Assembly: GCA_022562795.1 (NCBI GenBank)
Contig: JADFOP010000012.1
Coordinates: 1 to 48,479 of the forward strand
Direction: 5' to 3'
Source: Nitrospinota bacterium
GTDB lineage: Bacteria > JADFOP01
DNA: 48,479 nucleotides
Numbering within the stretch: position 1 is the stretch's first letter; each line of letters begins with the position of its first letter. The notes beneath the pieces were generated by a model. It was not told where the DNA came from. It saw only the letters and a list, made by a program, of their open reading frames with translations, and did not search any database. This document shows positions 27,659 to 37,234 of the stretch, in pieces. The translations under genes were made by a program, and so were the position numbers.

Positions 27659-29134
27659 TCATCGGGCCGCCGCAGCCGACGCAATCGCTCGCCTGTAGAG
27701 AGCGTCGTAGGCCCGAGCCGAAGCGCCCCAGGAGAAATCCTGGGCCATTGCTTCATTGACGATGCGCCCCCAGGCTTTCTGATCCGAGTAGAGGCGGCAG
27801 GCTCTGGCGACCGCCTCCACCATCTCTTCTGCGACGTATGAGCGAAACTTAAAGCCCGTGCCCTCGCCCCGCTCCTCGCTGTAGTCGACGATAGTGTCCT
27901 CCAGGCCCCCCGTGGCCCGGACTACGGGTATGGTGCCGTACTTGAGCGAGTAGAGTTGGTTGAGCCCACAGGGCTCGTAGCGTGACGGCATGAGGAACAT
28001 ATCGGCGCCCGCCTCAATCCGGTGGGCGAGCCCCTCGTCGAATCCCAGCATGAGCCCAAGCTTTTTTGGGTAGCGCTCGGCCGCTTCCTGAAGGGCTTCG
28101 TGGTAGACGGCCTCGCCGCTTCCGAGGATGACGAGCTGGAGGCCAAGGGCCATGAGCCGTCCCATCGCCTCGACTATCAGGTCCAACCCCTTTTGGGCGG
28201 CTAGGCGCGAGACGATCCCGACAAGCGGAGTGTCCGCCCTGGCGGGGAGCCCCATTTCTTTCTGAAGGGCCTTTTTGCATGCCGCTTTGCCCGCCAGATC
28301 GTCGGGCGTATAGTTGGCCCCAAGGTGTAAGTCGGTCGCCGGATTCCAGACTTCGTAGTCGATGCCGTTGACGATGCCGTATAGGTCAGCGGAGCGGTGG
28401 CGCAACACTCCGTCAAGGCGGTGGCCGAACTCTTCAGTCTGAATCTCCTTGGCGTAGGTCTCGCTCACGGTGCTCAAGACGTCGGCGAATATCAACCCTC
28501 CCTTGAGGAAGTTGAGCTTGCCGTAGAACTCCAGCCCGTCAATGGTAAAGAGCTCCCAGCCGAGGCCCGTCATGGGCATATCCAGATGCCAGAAGAGGCC
28601 CTGGTAGCCAAGATTGTGGACGGAAAAGACCGTGGCCAGCCCTGCCAGCGCCGAATCCTCCCGGTAGAGGGTTTTCAGATACACCGGGGCAAGGCCAGTC
28701 TGCCAGTCGTTACAGTGGAGCACCTGAGGCCCGAGGTCGAGGGCTTTGATGGCTTCCAGCACCCCCCTGGAAAAAAAGATGAACCGCTCCGCGTTATCGT
28801 GATAGTCGCCCTCTGGAGTGCCGTAGAGTGCGGGACGGTCGTAGTAGGAGGGCTTCTCGATGAAGTAGACAGGCACCCCTCCGTCGAGGGCGCCTTCGAG
28901 CAGTTCGGCCTTCTCGATCCGCCCGGCGATGGGCACCTCGATGCTTACGCCGAGCCGGCGAAGACCGTGGCGCTCCACATCGACCATCTGATAGCGGGGC
29001 ATGATAACCGCGACACGGTGGCCCAGCGCCCGCAGGGCCTTGGGCAGGGCGCCGGCTACATCTGCAAGGCCCCCGGTCTTAGCGAAGGGGGCAACTTCGC
29101 TGGCGGCGATACATATCTTAAGGGGTTCATTCAT
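27659..29134 (-). CDS. glgA: Glycogen synthase
   Basis: KTGGLADV, HCNDWQT, HNLGYQG, MPSRYEPCGLNQ, TGGLEDT. Confidence 0.97.
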   Translation of the reverse strand: MNEPLKICIAASEVAPFAKTGGLADVAGALPKALRALGHRVAVIMPRYQMVDVERHGLRRLGVSIEVPIAGRIEKAELLEGALDGGVPVYFIEKPSYYDRPALYGTPEGDYHDNAERFIFFSRGVLEAIKALDLGPQVLHCNDWQTGLAPVYLKTLYREDSALAGLATVFSVHNLGYQGLFWHLDMPMTGLGWELFTIDGLEFYGKLNFLKGGLIFADVLSTVSETYAKEIQTEEFGHRLDGVLRHRSADLYGIVNGIDYEVWNPATDLHLGANYTPDDLAGKAACKKALQKEMGLPARADTPLVGIVSRLAAQKGLDLIVEAMGRLMALGLQLVILGSGEAVYHEALQEAAERYPKKLGLMLGFDEGLAHRIEAGADMFLMPSRYEPCGLNQLYSLKYGTIPVVRATGGLEDTIVDYSEERGEGTGFKFRSYVAEEMVEAVARACRLYSDQKAWGRIVNEAMAQDFSWGASARAYDALYRRAIASAAAAR

Positions 29135-29214
29135 CGCTCAGGCACCTTTCCCGCCTCGGAGACGGGGCAACGCGGACATGTGCGCCACCCTCGCCGGGGG
29201 CGGCGCTCCGCAAC

Positions 29215-30213
29215 TCAATCGTTCGCCTCCCGAAGATATTCGGCGGCCTCCTCAGGAGGGGTCGGGTTGATGTAGAACCCTGTGCCCCATTCGAATCCGG
29301 CGACCTTGGTCAGCTTGGGGATGATTTCGATGTGCCAGTGGTAGTACTCCAGGTTGAACCCGGTCACGGGCGAGGTGTGGATAATCAGGTTATACGGCGG
29401 ATTATCAAGCACGGCATCTAGCCGCCGCATGATGTCCCTAAGGAGACTCGCCAGATAATCGAAGCCCACCTTCTCGGTGTCCTCGTAGTGGGAGATGTGG
29501 ACCTTTGGCAGCACCCACGTCTCGAAGGGAAACCTGCTGGCGAACGGGGCGATAGCAATAAAGTTCTCGTTTTCGGTAATGACGCGTCTCTTGCCCATCT
29601 GTTCCTGATGGATGATGTCGCAAAAGATGCACCGCTCTTTGTTGGCGAAGTGCGCCTTGGCGCCGTCCATTTCCTCGGCCACCCGCTTCGGGACGATGGG
29701 AAGGGCGATGAGCTGGGTGTGGGGATGTTCCAGGCTCGCACCGGCGGCGTCTCCGTGGTTCTTGAATATGAGGATGTACTTGAACCGCTCGTCGCGCTTC
29801 AGGTCCTCAATGCGCTCCTGGAAGGACTGGAGCACCTCCTCCATGTTGGCCTGCGAAATAGTGGACCAAACGGAACCGTGGTCGGGGGTTTCTACGATAA
29901 CCTCGTGAGCCCCAATGCCCCTCATCATATCGTACATCCCTTCTCCGACCCGGCCCAGGTCGCCTTCAACCATGAGGGCCGGAAATTTATTTGGCACCAC
30001 CCTAACGCGCCAGCCTTCAGTGTCGGGAGAGGTGTCGGACGGACGATAAGCCAGCACTTCAGGCGGGGTCTTGTCTTCGTTGCCGTAGCAAAAAGGGCAA
30101 AACCCGCCCGCTTTCGGAGGCTCCGGGGCGGAGAAGTCGCTCGGCCGCTTGCCACGTTCGGTGGCGATGATTACCCACCGATCTATAATAGGGTCTCTGC
30201 GAAGCTCCGTCAT
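29215..30213 (-). CDS. galT: GalT-family (HIT) nucleotidyltransferase
   Basis: ELRRDP, RGKRP.DF, CPFC.GNE, VPNKFPAL, GASLEHPHTQ, GFEWGTG. ATG 30213 behind a GGGGAG RBS. Confidence 0.9.
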   Translation of the reverse strand: MTELRRDPIIDRWVIIATERGKRPSDFSAPEPPKAGGFCPFCYGNEDKTPPEVLAYRPSDTSPDTEGWRVRVVPNKFPALMVEGDLGRVGEGMYDMMRGIGAHEVIVETPDHGSVWSTISQANMEEVLQSFQERIEDLKRDERFKYILIFKNHGDAAGASLEHPHTQLIALPIVPKRVAEEMDGAKAHFANKERCIFCDIIHQEQMGKRRVITENENFIAIAPFASRFPFETWVLPKVHISHYEDTEKVGFDYLASLLRDIMRRLDAVLDNPPYNLIIHTSPVTGFNLEYYHWHIEIIPKLTKVAGFEWGTGFYINPTPPEEAAEYLREAND

Positions 30214-30298
30214 CTTGACTCCCCTTGCTGAGGGATTTGTTCGGGCAAGAACTGCACTTCTCGGTAGGGGCGCGCATCCCCACATCCCTCTTACCGTC

Positions 30299-30328
30299 AT
30301 TCTAGAGAAGTCATACCAGTCTAGTCAA
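30299..30328 (-). promoter_or_regulatory. sigma70-type promoter for the galT-glgA operon
   Basis: TTGACT-18 nt-TAGAAT. Confidence 0.55.
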
Positions 30329-30429
30329 CGAAAAATCCCGCCTCGTCGAACGGGCGAAATCCCTTGGTGTCGGATTAGCTATGTGCTACACTTTCTGAAA
30401 GAGAGGATTGGCTCATGCCCGGAGGCTGT

Positions 30430-31089
30430 GTGTCGGGGCAGTTTGTCACACTTGAAGGTGTTGATGGAAGCGGCAAGAGCACGGTCTTGGGCAGATTGGG
30501 AGAGGCCCTGGCGGCCCAAGGCTACCCTGTGACGATGACCCGCGAGCCTGGCGGGACCGCCATAGGGGGGGGCATTCGGGCGGTTCTCCTGGATGTGGAA
30601 TCAGCCGGCATGAGCCCCATGTGCGAGGCGCTGCTCTACGCCGCCGACCGGGCCCAGCACGTAGCCGAGGTAATTCAGCCGGCCCTGGAGGCGGGCAAAC
30701 TCGTGCTGTGCGACCGGTTTACGGACTCAACGCTCGTCTACCAGGGCAGCGGTCGCGGTCTCGACCGGACCTGGCTGGAGCGGCTCTGCGACGTGGCAGC
30801 CGGCGGACTGGTTCCCGACATGACCCTACTGCTGGACCTCCCCGTAGAGGAAGGGCTTCAGCGCCTGCGCCGTCGGAGGACCTCCCAGGACGAGGGCCGC
30901 CATGAGGCCCGCCTCGATGAAGAGACTATCGCCTTCCACAGCCGTGTGCACGAAGGCTATAGAGCGCTTGCCGAGGCCAACCCGGAGCGGTTTACCATCG
31001 TTGACGCCTCCCTACCGGTGGATGATGTGGTGCGAGCCTGCCTCGAGGCCCTGGCCCCCGTGCTGGTCTCCGTAGGAGTCTCACCGTGA
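30430..31089 (+). CDS. tmk: Thymidylate kinase
   Basis: FVTLEGVDGSGKST, TREPGGT, ADRAQH, CDRFTDST..YQG. Start 30430 (GTG) or 30415. Confidence 0.96.
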   Translation: MSGQFVTLEGVDGSGKSTVLGRLGEALAAQGYPVTMTREPGGTAIGGGIRAVLLDVESAGMSPMCEALLYAADRAQHVAEVIQPALEAGKLVLCDRFTDSTLVYQGSGRGLDRTWLERLCDVAAGGLVPDMTLLLDLPVEEGLQRLRRRRTSQDEGRHEARLDEETIAFHSRVHEGYRALAEANPERFTIVDASLPVDDVVRACLEALAPVLVSVGVSP

Positions 31090-32090
31090 CGTTCCACAGT
31101 ATCGTCGGCCACGCCCGCGTCCTGGAGCGGCTCCGCCGCTCGCTGGCCGTTGAACGCGTGGCCCACGCTTACCTATTCGTCGGTCCCACCGGCGTCGGCA
31201 AAGCCACCGTGGCGCGGGCCTTCGCCGCGGCGCTGACATGCCCAGAGGAGCCGGGCGAGGGCTGCGGGACGTGTTCTAGCTGCCGAAGGCTGGCCGCCGG
31301 AGGCCACCCCGACGTCCACGTGGTGGAGCCCGATGGCCAAGAGGTGAAGATCGACCAAGTCCGGGCCCTTCAAGGCGCCCTCGCCTATCGGCCCGCGGAG
31401 GCGCAACGGGCCGTGGCCATAGTTCCGCAGGCAGAGCGGCTGACGCTGGAGGCGTCCAACGCCCTGCTAAAGACACTGGAGGAGCCACCCGGTGAGACGG
31501 TCGTGGTGCTGGTGACCCCGACCGCTTCCCTGCTGCCTTCGACTGTGGTATCTCGCTGCGAGCAGGTCAGCTTCACCCCGCTGCCTCCGGAGGAGCTGGC
31601 CTCCTTCTTGGTGGAGCGACGGGGGCTTACGGCCGAGGCCGCTAGGCTGACCGCAGCCCTGGCGGCCGGGCGCGTCGGCCAGGCGCTGGAGGCCGAGGTG
31701 GGCGAGCTCAAGGCCATGCGGGAGCGGGCGTGGCAGTTTTTGGCCGCAGCCGCCGACGGCCCTGGGTCGGTGCTGGCCTGGAGCCGAAAAAGCGTCGAGG
31801 AGATGCGCCGTGACCGCTCCAGCCCCAAGGCAGAAGGCCTGGAGTTGAGCTCGGCTCTCCTCAGCCTGGCCCGCGACATTATATTGACCCAGGCCGGCCA
31901 GCTCGACCGACTGATCCACGCCGATCTGGCAGACCGGTACTCGGCGCTTCCTGCGGCCCGTCGGCCGGCGGCAGCCCAAGCCATGTTCGAAGCCGTCCAG
32001 GTCGCCCGAAGCCGCCTGAAAAGGAACCTTAATCCCCAGCTGGTCTACGAGACGATGGGGCTTGCCATCGCCGAGGCCAACCGGGGTTAA
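31086..32090 (+). CDS. holB: DNA polymerase III delta' subunit
   Basis: HAYLFVGP.GVGK, CG.C.SC, HPD, NALLKTLEEP, TVVSRC. Confidence 0.95.
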   Translation: MTFHSIVGHARVLERLRRSLAVERVAHAYLFVGPTGVGKATVARAFAAALTCPEEPGEGCGTCSSCRRLAAGGHPDVHVVEPDGQEVKIDQVRALQGALAYRPAEAQRAVAIVPQAERLTLEASNALLKTLEEPPGETVVVLVTPTASLLPSTVVSRCEQVSFTPLPPEELASFLVERRGLTAEAARLTAALAAGRVGQALEAEVGELKAMRERAWQFLAAAADGPGSVLAWSRKSVEEMRRDRSSPKAEGLELSSALLSLARDIILTQAGQLDRLIHADLADRYSALPAARRPAAAQAMFEAVQVARSRLKRNLNPQLVYETMGLAIAEANRG

Positions 32091-32115
32091 CCATAGACTA
32101 AGAAGGGAGAGATCG

Positions 32116-32943
32116 ATGATTAACCTCGTCAGCATTCAGCTTTCCGACCACGGGAGGCTCTATCAATGCGAGGACCCCAACCTCTGCCTATCCATCGCAG
32201 ACCCTTGCATCGTTGAGAAGCAGTTCGCCGAGATCGCCTTCGGCCACATGGCGAGCAACTACATGCGCATACCCCGAGAGACATTCAAGAAGGATCCGTG
32301 GAAGGTCCTCCGGAAGGCGACCGATAAGGACCTTAATATGCAAGAGCGCAACGAGCGGATGGAAAAAGAGGCGATCTCCTCCTGTAAGGAGCTCGTTTCC
32401 ACCCACAACCTCTCCATGAAGCTGGAACAGGTCTCCTTCGCCTTTGATGCAAAGAAGGCGACTTTTTACTACACCGCCGAGGAATGGATCGATTTCCGCC
32501 AGCTAGTGCGCGACCTTGCCAAAGAGTTCAAGGTCCGAATCGAGATGCGCCAGATAGGGGCTAGGGACTTAGCCTCGCTGATGGGAGGATGCGATACCTG
32601 CGGCGAACAGTTATGCTGCACCCGCAATCTAAAGGAGCTAAAGCCGGTCCCCATTCGTGCGGCCAAAGACCAGAACTTCACAGGCAACCCGGACAAGCTC
32701 ACCGGCGTGTGCGGGCGCCTAAAATGCTGTCTTCTCTACGAGCACCCCAACTACATCGCCGTCAAGGGCTCCATGCCCAGCCCTGGGAAAACTGTGCGCC
32801 TACCCGAGGGGAAAGGCCGGGTCGCCAAGATAGACATCGTCCGAGAAGAGGTTCTCGTGATCCTCGAAGATGGGAGCCAGGTAGCCGTTCGCGGCGACCG
32901 CGCCACCGACCTCACTTTCCCCAACGGGCCCACCGACGGGTAG
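32116..32943 (+). CDS. ricT: PSP1-domain Fe-S regulatory protein RicT/YaaT
   Basis: IDFRQLVRDLA..F..RIEMRQIG.RD, CG..LCC, G.CGRLKCCL.YE. RBS before ATG 32116. Confidence 0.9.
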   Translation: MINLVSIQLSDHGRLYQCEDPNLCLSIADPCIVEKQFAEIAFGHMASNYMRIPRETFKKDPWKVLRKATDKDLNMQERNERMEKEAISSCKELVSTHNLSMKLEQVSFAFDAKKATFYYTAEEWIDFRQLVRDLAKEFKVRIEMRQIGARDLASLMGGCDTCGEQLCCTRNLKELKPVPIRAAKDQNFTGNPDKLTGVCGRLKCCLLYEHPNYIAVKGSMPSPGKTVRLPEGKGRVAKIDIVREEVLVILEDGSQVAVRGDRATDLTFPNGPTDG

Positions 32944-32952
32944 GACCGCGCC

Positions 32953-34914
32953 ATGGGTGGCCCACCGGCGGAAAAGACCATCTACATCACGACCCCAATT
33001 TACTACGTCAACGATGTGCCCCACCTCGGCCACGCCTACACCACCCTGGCCGCCGACGTGCTGGCCCGCCACCACCGCCTCCGCGGCCGTGAGGTCTTCT
33101 TCCTGACAGGAACCGACGAGCATGGCCAAAAGGTGGAGCGCTCGGCCGCCGAGCAGGGGCTAAAGCCCATCGAGCTCGCCGACCGCACGGTGGAGCGCTT
33201 CAAAGCGGTCTGGGAGGCGCTGCACATTTCCAACGACGACTTCATCCGGACCACCGAGCCGCGCCACCACCGGGCCGTTGAAGAGATCTTCCGCCGCATC
33301 AACGAGGCGGGCGACATCTACATGGGTGAGTACGAGGGGCTATACTGTGTGCCGTGCGAGACGTTCTGGACGGACCTCCAGATGGGAGAGGAGGGTGGTT
33401 GCCCATCCTGCGGGCGACCGGTCGAAAGGCTTCGGGAGAAGTCCTACTTCTTCCGGATGAGCAGCTACGAGAAGCGGCTGCTTGAACACATCGAGACCCA
33501 CCCGGAGTTCATCCAGCCCGAATCTCGCCGCAACGAGGTCCTATCCTTCGTGCGCCAGGGCCTGAGAGACCTCTCCATCAGCCGGACCACCTTCGATTGG
33601 GGCGTCCCTGTGCCGACCGACCCCTCTCACGTCCTCTACGTCTGGTTCGACGCCCTCACAAATTATCTCACCGCTCCCGGTTTCGGAGACGATCCAGAGC
33701 GCTTTGAGCGTATCTGGCCTGCCGACATCCACCTCATCGGAAAGGACATCCTCCGCTTCCACGCAGTTTACTGGCCGACCTTCCTCATGGCGGCGGGCCT
33801 TCCCCTGCCCCGCACCGTTTACGGCCACGGCTGGTGGACCGTCGAAGGCCGGAAGATGTCCAAGAGCCTTAGGAACGTGGTCGATCCCCTCTGGCTCATC
33901 GAGACCTACGGGGTGGACGCCGTTCGCTACTTCCTTCTTAGGGAAGTCCCCTTCGGCGCCGACGGCGACTTCTCCCACGAGGCCTTCATAGGGAGGCTCA
34001 ACGCGGAGCTGGCCAACGACCTGGGCAACCTCCTGTCGCGAACCGTCGCGATGATCCAGAAGTACTGCGACGGCATCGTGCCCGAGCCCTCAGGCGAAAC
34101 CGGGCTGGAGGAGGCCCTACGGGAGCGCGCGGCCGAGGTGATGGCCGCCCAGGACGGCTTCATGGCGGAGTGCGCCTTCCAGAAGGCCCTGATCAACATC
34201 TTCGGGCTCGTTGGGGCTGTCAACAAGTACATCGACGAGACCGCCCCCTTCAAGCTCGCAAAACGCGAGGCCGACCGGCCTCGGCTCCGGACCGTCTTAT
34301 ACACTCTTGCCGAGGTATTAAGGCTCTTGGGCCTCCTTATCGAGCCTTACATGCCGACGACGGCCATGAAGATCGGCTGCCAGCTCGGAATCCCGGCCCT
34401 TGAAGCGGGCCACCCCTTTGCCGAGACCGCCCGCTGGGGCGGCACCGCGGCGGGCCAGACCACATTCGCGGGACCGAAGCTATTCCCACGGATCGAAGAG
34501 GAGCACGCCTTGGCCATCCAACGGGAGGTTGTCCGCCTTGCCGAAGCTGAAGAGGCCCCGCCCGAGGAGGAGAGGATACCAGTGGAAGAGATTACCATCG
34601 AAGAGTTCCAACGGATTACGCTGCGAACGGCCAGAATCATCTCGGCCGAGCCCGTCCCCAAAGCGAAGAAGCTCCTCAAACTCATAGTGGAGGTCGGCGG
34701 AGGCGAGGAGCGACAGCTCGTGGCCGGGATCGCCCAGGACTACACCCCCGAGGCCCTGGTGGGCAAATCGGTCGTCGTGCTCACCAACCTCAAGCCCGCC
34801 CGCATCATGGGGGTCGAGAGCCAGGGCATGGTGCTCGCCGGAGAGTCGCCGGAAGGCAAAGTGGTGCTGGCCACCTTCGACGAACCGCTGGAGCCGGGCT
34901 GCGTGGTCAAGTAG
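32953..34914 (+). CDS. metG: Methionyl-tRNA synthetase with C-terminal tRNA-binding domain
   Basis: YITTPIYYVN..PHLGH, GTDEHG, YVWFDAL, KMSKS, NLKPA..MGVESQGM. Confidence 0.98.
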   Translation: MGGPPAEKTIYITTPIYYVNDVPHLGHAYTTLAADVLARHHRLRGREVFFLTGTDEHGQKVERSAAEQGLKPIELADRTVERFKAVWEALHISNDDFIRTTEPRHHRAVEEIFRRINEAGDIYMGEYEGLYCVPCETFWTDLQMGEEGGCPSCGRPVERLREKSYFFRMSSYEKRLLEHIETHPEFIQPESRRNEVLSFVRQGLRDLSISRTTFDWGVPVPTDPSHVLYVWFDALTNYLTAPGFGDDPERFERIWPADIHLIGKDILRFHAVYWPTFLMAAGLPLPRTVYGHGWWTVEGRKMSKSLRNVVDPLWLIETYGVDAVRYFLLREVPFGADGDFSHEAFIGRLNAELANDLGNLLSRTVAMIQKYCDGIVPEPSGETGLEEALRERAAEVMAAQDGFMAECAFQKALINIFGLVGAVNKYIDETAPFKLAKREADRPRLRTVLYTLAEVLRLLGLLIEPYMPTTAMKIGCQLGIPALEAGHPFAETARWGGTAAGQTTFAGPKLFPRIEEEHALAIQREVVRLAEAEEAPPEEERIPVEEITIEEFQRITLRTARIISAEPVPKAKKLLKLIVEVGGGEERQLVAGIAQDYTPEALVGKSVVVLTNLKPARIMGVESQGMVLAGESPEGKVVLATFDEPLEPGCVVK

Positions 34915-34969
34915 CCCGGCGAAGCAGGCATCGACCCACCCGCTCCCTAAGCCCCGCGCTCATGAAATC

Positions 34970-36349
34970 ATGCTCATAGACACCCACGCCCACCTGGAGA
35001 TGGAAGAGTTCGACGAGGACCGCGACGAGGTCCTCCTCCGAGCCCGCAAGGCCGGAGTCTCGGCCATAATCACTATCGCTTCGACCTTTGAGAGCAACGA
35101 ACAGGCCAAGACCGTAGCGGAGGCCTACCCGGGCGTCTACCACACCGTGGGCGTCCACCCCCACGACGCCAAGCACCTAACCCCAGAGCGCCTAAAGGAG
35201 CTCTGCCTCCGGGCCCTGGGGGAGCGGGTCGTGGCCTGGGGGGAGATCGGTCTCGACTACTTCCGCGACCGCTCGCCCCGCGAGGCCCAGCGGGCGGCCT
35301 TCCGCGAGCAGCTAGACTGCGCTGCGCGACTGGGGCTTCCCGTGGTCATCCACAACCGCGACGCCCACGACGACACCCTCTCGGTGCTTGCCGAGCAGGG
35401 CCCCCGCGAATCGACCGGGGTCTTCCACTGCTTCAGCGGAGACTCCTCTTACGCCAACCGATGCCTGGAGCTTGGCTTTTATCTCTCGGTAGGAGGTCCC
35501 ATAACCTATCCGAAGAACGATAAATATCGCGAGCTTGTGGGAACGCTCCCCACCGACCGGTTGCTTGTCGAGACCGACTCTCCCTTCTTAACGCCCCAGG
35601 CCCACCGGGGCCGCCGCAACGAGCCCGCCTACGTGACCTTCGTTGCCGAGGAAGTGGCCGAGGCAACGGGGCTTACTGTGGAGGAGGTGGGTCGGATCAC
35701 CACGAAAAACGTCTGGCGCCTCTTCGGAATAGGCCTCCGGGATGCTCAGCCCAGGATAGTACGCCCCCTTCGGGACAGCCTATATGTCAACCTCACCCAT
35801 CGCTCCACCAACGCGACCACCTTCTGCAGCCGGACCTTCGACCCCGGCCTCAGGGGCCACGACCTGCAGTCGGAGCGCGATCCCACCGTGGGAGAGGTGC
35901 TCCAGGCCATAGAGCCTGGGCTTTCCGGAGCCCGAGAGGTGGTCTTGTGCGGCTGGGGCGAGCCGACCCTCAGGCTCGAAGAGCTCAAGGAGATTGCCCG
36001 CCGGCTGAAGGAGAGCGGGTGCCGGGTGCGCCTCACCACCAACGGCCATGGCTCGATCATCCACGGGCGCGACATCGCTGAGGAGCTCTCCGGCCTGGTG
36101 GACGCGTGCTCCGTAAGCCTCATCGCCCAGGACGCAGATACCTACGAGGCCCTATGCCGGCCCACCCACGGAAAGGTGGCCTACGAAGCGGTCAAGGGCT
36201 TTATCGCGCTGGCCAAGGCTGGCGGGATGGAGGTAGAGGCCACGGCGGTGGACGTCCCGTACTGGGTGGATTTGGCCGCCTGCCGGATAGTAGCCGAGGA
36301 GGAGCTCGGAGTTCCCTTTCGGGTGCGCCGCCCCAGCGAGATGGGCTGA
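34970..36349 (+). CDS. tatD: TatD DNase fused to TatD-associated radical-SAM-like domain (degenerate Cys motif)
   Basis: DTHAH, GEIGLDY, IHNRDA, FHCFSG, ETDSP, then LYVNLTHRSTNATTFC, CGWGEPTLR, R..TNG.G, SVSL.A. Confidence 0.92.
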   Translation: MLIDTHAHLEMEEFDEDRDEVLLRARKAGVSAIITIASTFESNEQAKTVAEAYPGVYHTVGVHPHDAKHLTPERLKELCLRALGERVVAWGEIGLDYFRDRSPREAQRAAFREQLDCAARLGLPVVIHNRDAHDDTLSVLAEQGPRESTGVFHCFSGDSSYANRCLELGFYLSVGGPITYPKNDKYRELVGTLPTDRLLVETDSPFLTPQAHRGRRNEPAYVTFVAEEVAEATGLTVEEVGRITTKNVWRLFGIGLRDAQPRIVRPLRDSLYVNLTHRSTNATTFCSRTFDPGLRGHDLQSERDPTVGEVLQAIEPGLSGAREVVLCGWGEPTLRLEELKEIARRLKESGCRVRLTTNGHGSIIHGRDIAEELSGLVDACSVSLIAQDADTYEALCRPTHGKVAYEAVKGFIALAKAGGMEVEATAVDVPYWVDLAACRIVAEEELGVPFRVRRPSEMG

Positions 36350-36516
36350 AGTGGTATCAGGAAAAGGAGGGAAGTCTCGTAAAGATTCCGTATCTACTGG
36401 ATTCTTCGTACCTTGAGGCAGTATTCTCCATTGCCGGGGATGAAGGCGGGGTATTGATTGGCGTCGCTTGAATATCCAGCCACGCTAGCCTCTGAGAGCG
36501 TCACTATGAAGCCTCA

Positions 36517-36852
36517 TCAGCCAAGGGCCGCCCCAATCACCTCCAGCACTTTTTCCTCTTCAAAGGGCTTGACTATGAAGTTTTTTGCCCCATTAAGGAG
36601 GGCTTCGGTTACTTTATCTTTCGTACCGGCCGAGCTGACCATTACTACCACGGCGGCCGGATCTATGGCCTTAATCTGCTTGAGGGCCTCGATGCCGTCC
36701 ATCTTGGGCATGACGATGTCGAGAGTCACGCAATCGGGTAGAAGCTCCTGGTATTTCTGTACCGCTTCTTCCCCGTCGATGGCTTGACCCACCACCTCGT
36801 AGTTTTCCTGCTCGACAATCCGTTTAATGTGTTCATTGAGAAACTTTGAATC
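36517..36852 (-). pseudogene. cheY: CheY-like receiver, 5'-truncated
   Basis: DSKFLNEHIKRIVEQENYEVVGQA.DG.EAV..Y....PD.VTLDIVMP...VSS...GAKNFIVKPF. The first beta-strand and start codon are missing, replaced by fapA sequence, with an in-frame stop upstream. Confidence 0.8.
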
Positions 36853-37234
36853 GGCTGGCCAGCGACAGGGCCGCCTCTGGAGTTAGGCTGACCCCTTGTT
36901 CCTCCAAGGCCTTTAGTATTCGAGACAACAATGCCTAGGGGGCTTCCTCATTATAGTCGTACAGGATCAGATGAGCTGCCATCTCGTCTAGGCTCACCTC
37001 CACCCTGAAGGGCTCAAGGGCCCCCTGGTGGATTAAGAGCGGCTTGCCTCTCTAGCGCTTGTAGGCCAGCTTGACCGCTCCATAATCGATGGAGGGAAGG
37101 CCGAGTCCCTTCAAATATTCTACAAGTTCCGGGTAAGCGATATCCGCCTCCCCCTCCATGGTAGGCTGTAGGGTGAGTGTCAGGCCCTCGGGGCTTTGAG
37201 CCAGTTTGACTGTAGAGTTCGATTTATCAGTCAA
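36853..37234 (-). pseudogene. fapA: FapA/DUF342 N-terminal remnant with two in-frame TAG stops
   Basis: TTG start behind GGAGG. One frame reads ...LTLQP..EG...YPELVEYLKGLGLPSIDY.AV..AYKR*RGKPLLIHQGALEPFRVEVSLDEMAAHLILYDYNEEAP*ALLSRILKALEEQGV. Stops at 37052-37054 and 36935-36937. Confidence 0.65.

Noticed and set aside
30430-34914. ricT without ricA/ricF as a novelty
   Set aside because: The tmk-holB-ricT-metG-tatD order is widely conserved, and PSP1 proteins commonly occur without RicA/RicF outside Bacillota.
36350-36516. Possible CheX-like tail or att site at the GC boundary after tatD
   Set aside because: The similarity is too weak, it is on the opposite strand to the che genes, and no tRNA, integrase or direct repeat was found.
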